A DNA stretch of 60,879 nucleotides, filler included, from Nemertoderma westbladi (taxonomy: Eukaryota > Animalia > Xenacoelomorpha), in NCBI GenBank assembly GCA_032718475.1. It is 3 parts of 3 records of this genome, joined end to end, with 100 filler letters (N's around TTAATTAATTAA, not from the genome) between each part and the next. Parts side by side here need not be neighbours in the genome. Positions count along the whole stretch, not along the records: positions 23,590 to 52,412 come from JAUCBJ010005178.1; 2 more parts are not named here. The stretch is one strand, 5' to 3'. The stretch's first letter is position 1; the number at the start of each line of letters is the position of its first letter. Made by a program: the position numbers and the translations under genes. This document shows positions 25,435 to 36,384 of the stretch, piece by piece. The notes under the pieces were generated by a model. It was given only the letters and a program-made list of their open reading frames with translations. It had not been told where the DNA came from and ran no database searches.

Positions 25435-26422
25435 CTCATACACTATGCTGCACAATACTGCACACTAATCTGCCAATCTTCACTGATTTTAGTCACATAT
25501 AAAAGGAACACAGGCTGACTCATGTAGGGTCTATCAAATAACATTAGATTCACTTCAAACCACTTTAACATAAGTCACAATCGTTATTGGTAACCTTTCT
25601 CTCTTACCTTAGGTATATCAAGAATATTGGGTTGCGGGGTTATTTATCGTTATTCCAAATATAATTATTCATCAACCATATTATGAAGAACTGACAGCAA
25701 ATAGCAGTATAAAACAACAAATCAGTACCGGTATGTCAGCAATGAGATATAGGCATGCAGTTCCGTCAGTTTGGTATGTAGTCCGTTAAAGGATATATGC
25801 CCTTTATAATTAAACCTACTAGTGTACGACTAAAAAGCAGTACAGCACAAAATATTTCTAAGCCGTTCTTTCTTTGGCTCAAGACTGAATGTAAACACTG
25901 CACATAGGCATTGCGTCATTTCTCGGAAATTTTCTGTACAAGGAGCCACAAAAACGCTCTCATTGGCTGACTGAACTGAGAGACGCCGTAGAACAAAGGA
26001 AATCAACACGTATGAATGTCAGCTGTTAACCGTAGTCATAGTAACTACTGTTCAAGAGTAGCTATCACCCCTTTGCGTCACGAATTGCCATAGAATCATA
26101 AAAATATGCCTTTCACAGTACACATACGGAGGAAATAGGTCTTAGATCCTCTAAAAACACCGATACAGCAATAATACGGTCTCTTACACTTATTAAATCA
26201 ACTACAGAGTATTTTAAGGTAAAAGATAATAAAAATAACGGGGCAATTCAGCAAAGGCTTTTACAATCAGTATATACAGATGTGGGAATTTAGTTTAACG
26301 CAGTAGTGGTAGCTACTGCAGTTTTAATCAGTCTATAATTTAATGCATAAGCTACGCTGCTATGTCAGTACCAGTACTGCTGCACTCAGCACTGTCTGAC
26401 TGTACTGTAAAATTATAATTTA

Positions 26423-26552
26423 AGGGGGGACTCAATCTGTGGAGGGGGGACAGAATCCGCTAGCGGATTCGGTCCCCCCGGACTCAATCCGCTAGCGGAT
26501 TCGATCCCCCCGGACCATATCCGCGGGGGGACAGAATCCGCTGTTACACCGG
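26423..26552. repeat. GC-rich palindromic repeat cluster, probable DNA-transposon end
   Basis: Near-perfect palindrome GGGGGGACAGAATCCGCTAGCGGATTCGGTCCCCCC, a second AATCCGCTAGCGGATT, and an end at GTTACACCGG. Confidence 0.55.
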
Positions 26553-27394
26553 TACTGTACAACAAACGATGTAGGTACAGTTACTGTAGTAGGGAAGCCT
26601 ACCGGGTTCCTGTCACATACAGTATATAGTAATAGCGGGTTCGCTAATAGGCCTGTTTGCCTGTGTACTGGACTAGAATAGCTTGGGCTTGGACTGATTG
26701 CTGAAGATATGAATTAGGATGTAGGAAGCAGGCCTACCACCGGTTACCGTACGTACATGACGTACGGTCGGTCGTCGGTATCGGCTGATCGGCACAACAT
26801 CGGTAGGCCTACCGGTCTGCCGCCTGCCGGTGCCTACCTGCCTACTGCTGTACTGGAATATAATGAGCTGGGTGCCGGGTACGTACCTACCCTGGCAGGT
26901 ACCGGTAGGGAACTCTGTCCCGGTGCTAACCACACTTCTGCACTTAACTTAGGCCTACTACTAGGTTAAATTATTAGTTGTAGGCTTTCAGTAGGCTATG
27001 AATATTTAATGAAATGAAATTAATATTTAATTTTGCGACGATTTTATTCAATAATTTCGGGAATTAACTTATAGAACAGCAACACGAGGCTAATTGTATC
27101 TATTGTATCTTATGTTTTTTGAGTTTGGTACACACCTTATGATACAACTGTATGTCTGTCCTGTATATGGTTTATCAATTTCTATTTTTATTTATGAACC
27201 ATTCGCTCTATATTTTTAAGCCCTAAGTAATACCTTTTAATATGCATATTTTTTAATCTACTTATAATTTTACTTATTTTGTATAACTTAACTATAGTTA
27301 TATATTACTACTTGTACTAAACTAACTTACTTATTTAATATGTTCCGTTTTTACGCACCACACATTGTATCTATACCGGTTTGTCTCGAGCTCT

Positions 27395-27477
27395 TGCAAA
27401 TCTCAGCGCCTTAGAGTACGCCACAATTGTAATTTTGGCGCTTTACAAATATATTTATTATTATTATTATTATTAAA
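27395..27477 (+). mobile_element. L2-like LINE/SINE 3' tail
   Basis: CAGCGCCTTAGAG...GGCGCTTTACAAAT followed by (ATT)n resembles L2-type 3' ends. Confidence 0.5.
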
Positions 27478-27587
27478 AGTTGGTACCGGAGTTATTTTTG
27501 GCGCCCTTTCTATTTTCGACTGTGTCGGAAGTTTTTGGAGTGTGTTGCGGTGTGTTCGTCTGTGTTCGGTCGTGTTGCAATCAATTT

Positions 27588-28729
27588 CAATCAATTTATT
27601 TATTTCTCATCCATCTACTGTATATACATACAGTATATATGATTGCACTCACACATAGTAATTAAAGGTAGAATAGATGTACATATACTTTAGAGCACAA
27701 TAATAATTATAAGGGTGTTATGTACAGAGAGGGGGGGGGGGGGGGGGGGGGGAGCAGTAGCAGTGCTAGTAGAGCTCCCTCCATATGTACGAGTTGTGAA
27801 GGGGGGGGGGGGGGGGGGGGGGGGTGGTGTTCGTTATGGATCGAGAAGGAATCGGTTGTATCCGTTAAAATTTTATTGTGTATTTTTGATTTTGCTGTTG
27901 GTAAATATCCCTGCCGAAAAATGTCCTGGTTTGTCCGAAACTGCCGTATCCATCTGCATAATATAATAATTAATCAATTAATTAACTACATTCATTTAAT
28001 ATGGTTTGTTTATGGAGTATAATTATTAATCAATGTCTCTGGGTATTTTTAAGATAGAGTCTGAAGGAATATATTTTTTTAATTCATAAGAAAACGAGTT
28101 TTTTGATTTAGCATTTTTTATATCGCTAGGGAGGGCATGCCATATTTTAGGGCCAGTGAATTTTAAGGATTTCTGGGTGAGCTGTATGGGTGTCTTGGTA
28201 TTTGTTTTGTCTGCGTTGCCCCAGAGTATTATTCCGTATAGGATATGTGGATGAACTAGTGCGAAGTAGAGGGTTCTTAAAATGTGTAGAGGTAGAATGT
28301 ATCTTAATTTGAAAAAAAAGTGTGGAAAGGAGATCAGTACAGTTTGGAAGATCATTAATGTGTAAAGTAGAAACAATATTGGGCTCAGTATGGCCTCCTG
28401 TGGAGTTCCACAGGGTGACCCAGTACGTTCAGAAGTAATACCATTGATGTGAACTATGTGCGACCTGTTGTGTAAGAAACTACCAAGGAGCTGTAAGGGG
28501 AGTCCACGTATGCCGTAACAGTCCAGTTTCTTGGAGAAGGTCGTGGTTGAGTGTGTCGAAAGCCTTCTTTAGGTCTATCGATATGAGACCGGCTGATCCA
28601 CCGCCATCCAATGTACAGTATGCTGTATTTGTTCTGTAACTGTTAAGATTGCGTCACTTGTTGTAATGTTTTTCCTGAAACCATGTTGGGATGAAGTGAG
28701 TAATTTGAATTTGTTTAGGTATCGTATTG
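27588..28729 (-). mobile_element. Degenerate L2/CR1-group (Crack/Daphne-like) LINE fragment with 3' UTR and tail
   Basis: Minus-strand peptides QHGFRKN, DLKKAFDTLNH, YGIRGLPL, GTPQEAILSPILFLLY/INDLP and LRTLYFALVHPHILYGIILWGNA, with frameshifts and an internal deletion. An (ATTG)/AATAAA-type tail lies at ~27588-27605. Confidence 0.8.
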
Positions 28730-28973
28730 TCGCTCTTTATATTTTCGACTGTGTCGGAAGTTTTCGGAGAGTGTTTATGTGTGTTCGGTCGTGTTGCTCT
28801 TTAAGTACCTTCCATTCCCATTAATTATTTGTATACAGGAAGACAAAATAATGGTAACAAGCTGGCAAGCATGGATGGTTTACGGTCCTAATTATATCAG
28901 AACAATAATAATAATACTGTCAGACTGTACCGGTACCGTACCACATCTAGAGTCTCATGCTAATGTTGGCAAA

Positions 28974-29266
28974 GGCTACTGACCGGACCCATTGCTCAAT
29001 TGACCGGACCCGTTGACCGGACCCATTGACCGGCGCCCCACTGCCATTTAAAGGAGCAGGATTAGTAAAGGAGCTGATTACATGGGCGTGTTGGGGGAAC
29101 CAAAACAATAAACGACAAGTTCAATAACACATGATACAAGATTATGCAGGTTACTTAATTGTGGTAATAAGGGTCCGATCAATAATACACAAGTAAAATA
29201 TAAAGCTTCAATACGGTATGTAGAGGGTCCGCTCAATGGGTCCGGCAATGAGTCCGGTCAGTAGCC
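28974..29266. mobile_element. MITE with TIRs GGCTACTGACCGGACCCATTG
   Basis: Inverted termini at 28974 and 29246-29266, with internal TGACCGGACCC repeats. Confidence 0.7.
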
Positions 29267-29749
29267 ATCACTTCTGCTAATGCTACATCGGTGAATTTAC
29301 TTCACGTTATACCACTATACTGAACACTCTGATATGACTACAGTAATGCTGTAATGACATTTCCTATCACTGAAACAGAAAACAATGACATTAGGAAATC
29401 TAATGGTATAATACTGCATAGGCTACCGTCAACAGGTAGCGGTTGATTTCACCATGTAGGTCCAAATATAACAAGCGCGATATCGCGTAATGGTCCGCGT
29501 CTACCAACGCATGAACTGTCTCCTTGAATGGCTTACTACCAATCTTACAACAAAAAAACATTTGGCAAGAGTTCCGTATAGCACCACATTTTTAAAACTT
29601 ATATCATTGTTACTATGGCAACGTTGAAGAGTTCTAGAACAATAGAAAAGTATTATATACTATTCTAGAACATAAATAAAATAAAATATATTATGTTCTA
29701 GAACATAGCTAATTTTTTTAATTTTAAAATAGCAAGTAAATTTAAAAAA

Positions 29750-31160
29750 ATATTCTTAAATTGTTACTTTTTCGCTCGAATATACCCCAAAATCGGGAGA
29801 AAAAGTTTCACTTTTTTCCCTAAGGAAATAGTAAGTAACCCATAGGATTGCATTGATTTTACTTTTTTTCCCGGCGAAAAACGTAAAATAAAATATTTTT
29901 GGTGGAATCTTTTAAATTGTATTAGGCCTACATATGTTCAAGGAGCAACGACATAGAAAAGGTTTGGAAGTACTGTAATTTGAGCAAAATCCATACACTC
30001 ACTCAAAACTCATAATTATTTATTACATGGGAAAAAAAGTAGAACTTTTTTCATTATTCTCGACGCATTTTATTTACCGAGCTACAGCGAGGTTAATAAA
30101 GGGTCGAGAGAATATTAAAAAAAAATGTTCTACGTTTTTTCTCATGTAATACGTAATTTTATTCTTGAATGGGAGAATCTTTTAGGCTCGTTAAGCCAAG
30201 GAATGCCTGTTCACCACCATGGGTGATCTTCCACAGTAAACCCTTCCACTCTGTTTCCCAAGTTGCCTTGGTTCCCATTTATCGACCACTGAAGGATGAA
30301 AGCCGGGGTTGGGCTAGGCTGCAGCATTTAAAGCACTGTGCCCAAACAGTGCTGCCCATCTAGGGATCGAACCCGGGCTCCCTAATCGGAAGCACAGTAA
30401 TGTCACCACTAGACCAAGAAAGACCTAATTTTATTCTTAAATTGGTACTCCTGATGATGCTTACTCAATGTTAAATAATTTAGTGTTCTCGAATATTTAT
30501 TACGTAACTAGAGAGCCGCTTAACAACATAAACCAATATTGGATATTGAGTTCCGTTTTGTGGTACGCCACGCAGTCACTAAATTTGCCATTACTTTTGA
30601 GTGCGTGCATGGATTTTGCTCAAATTACTTGCAAACATTTTCTACGTCAATGCTCTTTCAATATACTGTATTTAATTAAATTTAAGAATTTCCACCAAAA
30701 ATATTTTGTTTAACCTTTTTCGCCGGGAAAAAAGTAAAATCAATGCATTCATATGGGTTACTTTATGAAAAAAGTGCAACTTTTTCTCCCTATTTTGGTC
30801 TAATTTTGATCGAAAAAGTAACAATTTAAGAATAAAATCATTTTAACATTGAATAAGGCAGGATCAGGAGTTGAAGAGTACAATAATATGAATCGCAGTA
30901 ACTATGGAAACATAGTGAAATACTGTAGTTCAATTCATTTTGTAACACAAGAATATCGCTCTGTCTTATATTAAAGAATTGAGCTACAAAAAAGTACCGA
31001 TATTAAGAATAAAATTACGTATTACATGTGAAAAAAACGTAGAACATTTTTTTTTTATATTCTATAGACCATTTATTAACCTCGCAGGTGCTCGGTAACT
31101 AAAATGCCTCGAGAATAATGAAAAAAAGTTCTATTTTTTTCCCATGTAATAAATAATTAT
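29750..31160. repeat. Two interleaved inverted-repeat pairs (A 29750-29880 / A' 30715-30835; B 30012-30167 / B' 31005-31160)
   Basis: Direct reverse-complement matches, e.g. CATTGATTTTACTTTTTTTCCCGGCGAAAA vs TTTTCGCCGGGAAAAAAGTAAAATCAATG, and ATAATTATTTATTACATGGGAAAAAAA vs TTTTTTCCCATGTAATAAATAATTAT. Confidence 0.75.
30170..30418 (-). mobile_element. tRNA-derived SINE with conserved central domain
   Basis: Minus strand has A box TGGTCTAGTGG, B box GGTTCGATCCC and a TCC anticodon-like loop, then GCTTTCATCCTTCAGTGGTCGATAAATGGGAACCA. That segment resembles the conserved central (Meta-type) SINE domain, from memory. Confidence 0.75.
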
Positions 31161-33037
31161 TTTTTCAAATAAATTTCTGAATATACATTTAAATTAATAT
31201 TGATTATATCGAGTGTTTGTATAGGGCCTACTGATGTATCTGATTAGTTTATATTTTCCAATGGGAATCCGTTCAATTTTCCTTTTCTTATCAGTCGCCT
31301 CCACATGTATTCTGTCGGATTTTCGGATAATTTCTGTTCATAGTTAATGCACGCAAAGTGCAAAATAATGGAAAAGTAGAGTACCATACTGTATGGTAGA
31401 ACCCACCAACCACCCTCCCCTCCCATTGTGACAGAAGAAAAATATCGGTACATAATGTAATTATTATATACTGTCAATATATAATTCTACAATTAATAAA
31501 AAAAGCTTGTGGGTAGGCAACGTTAACACGTGCAACAGGTTTATGCCATCTATCTACAATTTGCTATTTATAATTATTATTTGCCCATTCCTCTAATAGT
31601 GGCATTAAACACAGATTCTTCGCCAACTACGTGGCTCGCCCCGCCACTGAAACATTTGAACTACAGTAAGTACGGGGAATCGTTATCCCGCATAGCTATT
31701 TTTGGCCTCGTGATTGCTTGGACTGGACTATAATGACACATTTTATATTATTTTAGATTTTATCAAAAATATAACGTGTACTCCAATGCCGACGTATTCA
31801 TTGGCTTAAATTTGTCCCGCTGCCTCACACAACTCGCCATCAACAATCGCAAATGGCACCCAAATTTCCCGGAAATCTCAGCGTGTTAAGTAGGATTTAC
31901 AGGTTTCCATCCCCTGCTCACATGCGACCCACAATACAGATAGCGAGATTTCCTGTAAGTAATGACACATCATTACTCATCATCGCATACATACTGCAGT
32001 TGTATTACATTACCTTTGTTCCTTCACACCAGTACAGTACAACTACAGTACAAAGGTCGCCCATCATATCTACCAATGGAAAGACAACCTGCAGATGGAA
32101 ACACTTCATTGACGCAAAACTCACAATTCCAGCTTCCTGTAATCCACATATCCCTGATTTTGTAAAAAGGACCGTTTGACACTAATTGGTCCAGATAGGG
32201 CCTTTTAGAGAACCCTTAATTCTATATGCGGAGCGCGTTAAAACGCAGATTATTCAATTAGAAGAAGCTAATATAGGATAGTGGACGGGTTAGGCGTGAG
32301 GCGTAATCCGTTAGGGTAAGGGTAGCTGCTGTAATTGTTGCTTGGCCAGGTAACCTGGAGCCATAGAATATTTTCCTAAGATTTCCAGGAGAGGCGGGAT
32401 TCAGACGTGTCCAAATGCGGGAAAATTTAGGCGGATCAGTGCGTTGGAGTGTAAAAAATTCATTGAGTTAAACTTCCTTGATTGTAGAATTTCTTATCTT
32501 AGCGTCTGTAAGTTTATTTGTATTGTACCGGCGGCCGATAGTGGCGTGGCGCTCATTGACCTCAAGTGAAAAATATGCTTTGATTATTGTTTTGGTTAGA
32601 AAGCACCACCACTGCAACTAATAATAATAATACCTACTTGGCATATTATTGGTTGTAGTTTAGGGGCTAGTGCAGTTATATTTCCTCTCTGTTATTGCAG
32701 TCCTTTGCTGCTTTGCTCGTTGCCCTAATATAGAGGTTTTTATTATATTACTTAGTTTTAATTATAACTCTTTCTTCAATAAATTCATTATTTTTGTTGA
32801 TAACTTGACTTTGGTATCTGTGAATAAGGAATTTGTTAATATGGAACTTGGTTTAGCATAACCCATAATCTTGTAACACAGTTTACACTCGTTTATTGCT
32901 TTGGTTCTATCCAATCCACCCGCTTCTGTTACCTACCCCTTTGTATTCCCCATAAGCTTGTAACACGTGTAAACTTTCGTTTATTGTTTTGGTTATATTA
33001 TGACTTAATGTAATAGATTGTTTCACCATCTTTATTA

Positions 33038-33096
33038 GTTCCAAATGCCAAATTCCTTCGTCCCAAATCCCAAATTCCTTCGTTCCAAATCCCAAA
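33038..33096. repeat. Short 22-bp tandem repeat (~2.5 copies)
   Basis: CCAAATTCCTTCGTCCCAAATC repeated. Confidence 0.6.
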
Positions 33097-33232
33097 GCCA
33101 TAAAAGAGGTTTGTGGTTATATTTTTCTCATGTTCTGTTGTTATTTGCGTCGATTTTTCCTTGGAGAGGGATGAATTTTGATTGCGTCTAGAGCCACCCC
33201 CCCCCCCCCCCACCCCTATCTGCATAATGCAC

Positions 33233-34870
33233 TACAACTACTAGGATCGGCATGCTGCATTACAGCTGTATTTTTAAGAATGCTGTGCCGGCTTGTCGAC
33301 AAAATTGCGCCGCCACAACTCCCTATCACCCATGACATTTGCTAGATCATCCGCATCTTCAAGGCCAGTGTCCTTTAAGATGCGTCTCAAGAAAGTCATG
33401 GGCTGTCCACCATGCTTATTCACTCCATGAGGCTGCCAAAGTACAATATTATGCACTTGCTGGTCCTCACGGCGAAAGCAATGTCCTGCAAAGCGGAGGC
33501 GATTTTGTTCTAGTGTCAAGCTTGGGGGAACCAATGAGACACCTCCAATGTTATATAGTGTCTGGTTGGAGATGTGTGCATTGTACTTGACACAATGAAC
33601 CCGGCGTAGCATTCTTGTGAATGTGCCATCCAGAGATTTGGTGTCCTCAGCAGTTAGAGCCCAGGATGGACTCCCATAGAGGAGTACTGTAACTACTGCT
33701 GCTCTAAATAATCGGACCTAAAGTTTCCGATTAATTCTCGGTGACTTCCCAATCCTGGAAAGCCTATTCAAGGCTGCCCATACCTTTCCCTTACGTATTC
33801 GAAGGTCCTCACCTGACTTCCGGATCCATGATCCCAGGTAACAGAAGTCGTCCACATGCTCAAGCATACCATCCTTTGAGCTTATGCTCATCCGATCAGA
33901 GAGTTGCTGATGACTTTCAAAGTTAACTGTCAAAATTTTGGTCTTTCTAGAGTTAATAAAAAGACCAACACTAGAAGCAGCATGTTCTAATGAGCTGAGG
34001 AGCCGTTAGGCTCCCTCTAGTGATTCTGAGAGTACTCCTAAGTCATCAGCAAAGTCTAGATCAGTTAGGTACTTGGCAGGATTTCCTCGACTTCTGGAGC
34101 CAGTAGGTGGAGTTATCATCACCCCATCATCATTATGATGATCTCAGGACATGCGTAGAACATAGTCAACCATAATTATGAACAAGAATGGTGCAAGTGT
34201 GTCTCCCTGGAGGACGCCCCATAACACTTCAAATGGATTTGTGTCACCGTCAACAGTAGACACAAATGTTGTCGAACCATCGTATACTGATCTGATTGCT
34301 GCAATAATTTCATCAGGAATCCCATATAATGAAAGTATGCTGAACATACGTGAACGAGAGACTGAATCAAAGGCCTTGAAGAAGTCAACAAAGATAACAG
34401 CCAGATGCCTGTCTTTCTTTTTTGATAACTCTTCAATTATCCTTCTAAGTGCCAAAATGGGCTCCATGGTCCCACGACCTTTACGGAACCCATTCTCATT
34501 TCCATGGAGCAGTCTCTCAATGGGATCCCTGATGCGATTTAATATAATTCTATTGTATAGCTTTGCAGCAATCGAGATCAATGAGATTCCCCGAAAAGAA
34601 CCATAGAGTGTTAGGTTGCCCTTCTTGGGAACTGGCACCAACTTATTTGTTTTCATTTCTTGTGGGACTCTTGTTGTTCGGTACATGTCTACTATGATGG
34701 GATAGATGAGCTTTAAACACTCAGGTATTTTAAAGACCTCAGGGGGAACACCATCTACTCCACTGGCACGATTGGTCTTAATGCTCTTTGCAGCAGCCTT
34801 CACTTCTGCAAAGGAGATATCGCCAATGGGAATTTCTGGGAGTACAGACTCAGACACTTTTACTTCTATA
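33233..34870 (-). mobile_element. 5'-truncated RTE-clade LINE (second family), pseudogenised
   Basis: RT motifs PVPKKGNL...RGISL, ENGFRKGRGT, FVDFFKAFDS, GVLQGDTLAPFLF, LDFADD and RLRFAGHCFR. A (TAG)n-like tail is at the left end. A 15-bp TSD ATCTGCATAATGCAC lies at 33218-33232 and 34871-34885. Confidence 0.93.
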
Positions 34871-35902
34871 ATCTGCATAATGCACACGTTCGTGGGGGTC
34901 GTTGGTAAACATCATACCGACAACCAGAGAATTTTCAAAATATTTAAACTCCCTTTCAATTATGAAACTGAATATAACTCAAAACAGAAGATATTATAGT
35001 CTAACTACATGTTTTTGTTTAAAGTCTGATCCACTTCAATAATAATTAATAGCCTATTTCTATTTTGTCAGATAACCTGAGGTACTGTATTAAAATAATG
35101 CAGTTATTTATGACTTAGGTAGAAATAAAGTAGCACAACCAAATTTAACATATTCAATATTGCAATTTATTGTGCAATATTGCGCAATATTATTACAAGA
35201 AAGTGGGATGGAAGTGGAATTATCCCAATCTCTTAGTAATGGCTGTTTCCAGCAGCAGATGGCATAATTAGCTTGTCTATCTGAATTTAAAGATATCTTA
35301 TTTCGTTTCAAACACATTTCTTAACACAAATCGCTTGAAATAATTAAACACTACGATAGCTGAGATGATGGAGATTCTAGTTTATGTTTTTTTTATGTAT
35401 TATTTTTATACTTTTAAAAGGGCATCCGATGTTCTTTAATTTCGAATTCCTGCAAAATGCTGCTATATATCATCTCCGAAGAAGCCCATTATATCAGGGA
35501 AACTGCTGATGATCTGGTGTTCAGTGAGGCGAAAAGGCTCCTCACCCCCATAACTGTCTGCAGACCTATTGATATTAGCTGCGAACTCTTCGTAAATGTA
35601 ATCAAAATATTTACTTTGGTGTTTCCCCAAACTTTTAAAAGGATGGAAATCGAAATGATGCCGTTCGTGGCGTATCCAGTGCCACGGTTAACAACAATTG
35701 TTAACCATGGCATTAGACCCTTTCTCCAGTCATTATCCCTGTAGTTTTCCCAAACTGACTTTCGCTTCCTGTTTCCTGTAGAATGGATGTCAGACAGACA
35801 AACGGGAGATTTCGACGCCGGTGAGGCACTTGATGACCGGTTTCACCATCTTCCACCGAAGCTCTGCATCAATTATTATAACAAATGGGAGGAATATCGG
35901 GG

Positions 35903-36168
35903 TGACACTGACTAAATCACTTGAACAACGAATTTATGGTTGTTGCACAAGACAACTAAGGGCAGCCCTAAACATCAGCTGGAGACAACACATGACAAAC
36001 GCCGAGCTTTATGGTACAATACCACCTGTATCAACCACCCTCCGTGAATGAGGATTACGATTAAGTGGGCACTGCTGGAGGTAAACATGAGGGTAAACAT
36101 GGAGAATCGGGAAGCCTGGAAGGATCTCATTTCCACTGTCAGAGTTCGCTCGACTTAGTAGTAGTAGT
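35903..36168 (+). mobile_element. RTE LINE 3' fragment (family of 55057-58719)
   Basis: TLTKSLEQRIYGCCTRQLRAALNISWRQHMTNAELYG, ending in a (TAG)n tail. Confidence 0.88.
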
Positions 36169-36384
36169 TTCGGGATTAATAAGATGGAAAAATAACTGAA
36201 ATAACGGAGTTAATTAGGTGGGAAATAACAAATACATATGTTATAATGAGAAGGGGAAATACTGAAAGCTGCTGGTAATTAGATGGGAAAATAACTGAAG
36301 CAATCCGGAGTTAATTAGATGGGGAAATAACTAGAATTTATTAAAATAAAGAAGAATGATTATATAAATGGTTGGTGAAATAAC

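Noticed and set aside
30350-30418. Functional tRNA-Gly gene
   Set aside because: The stems are imperfect and the sequence continues into a SINE body shared with another copy.
35400-35820. Possible coding relic (95-aa ORF; AAGGCTCCTCACCCC shared with ~44605)
   Set aside because: No recognisable domain, and a 15-bp match is too weak to assign without a search.
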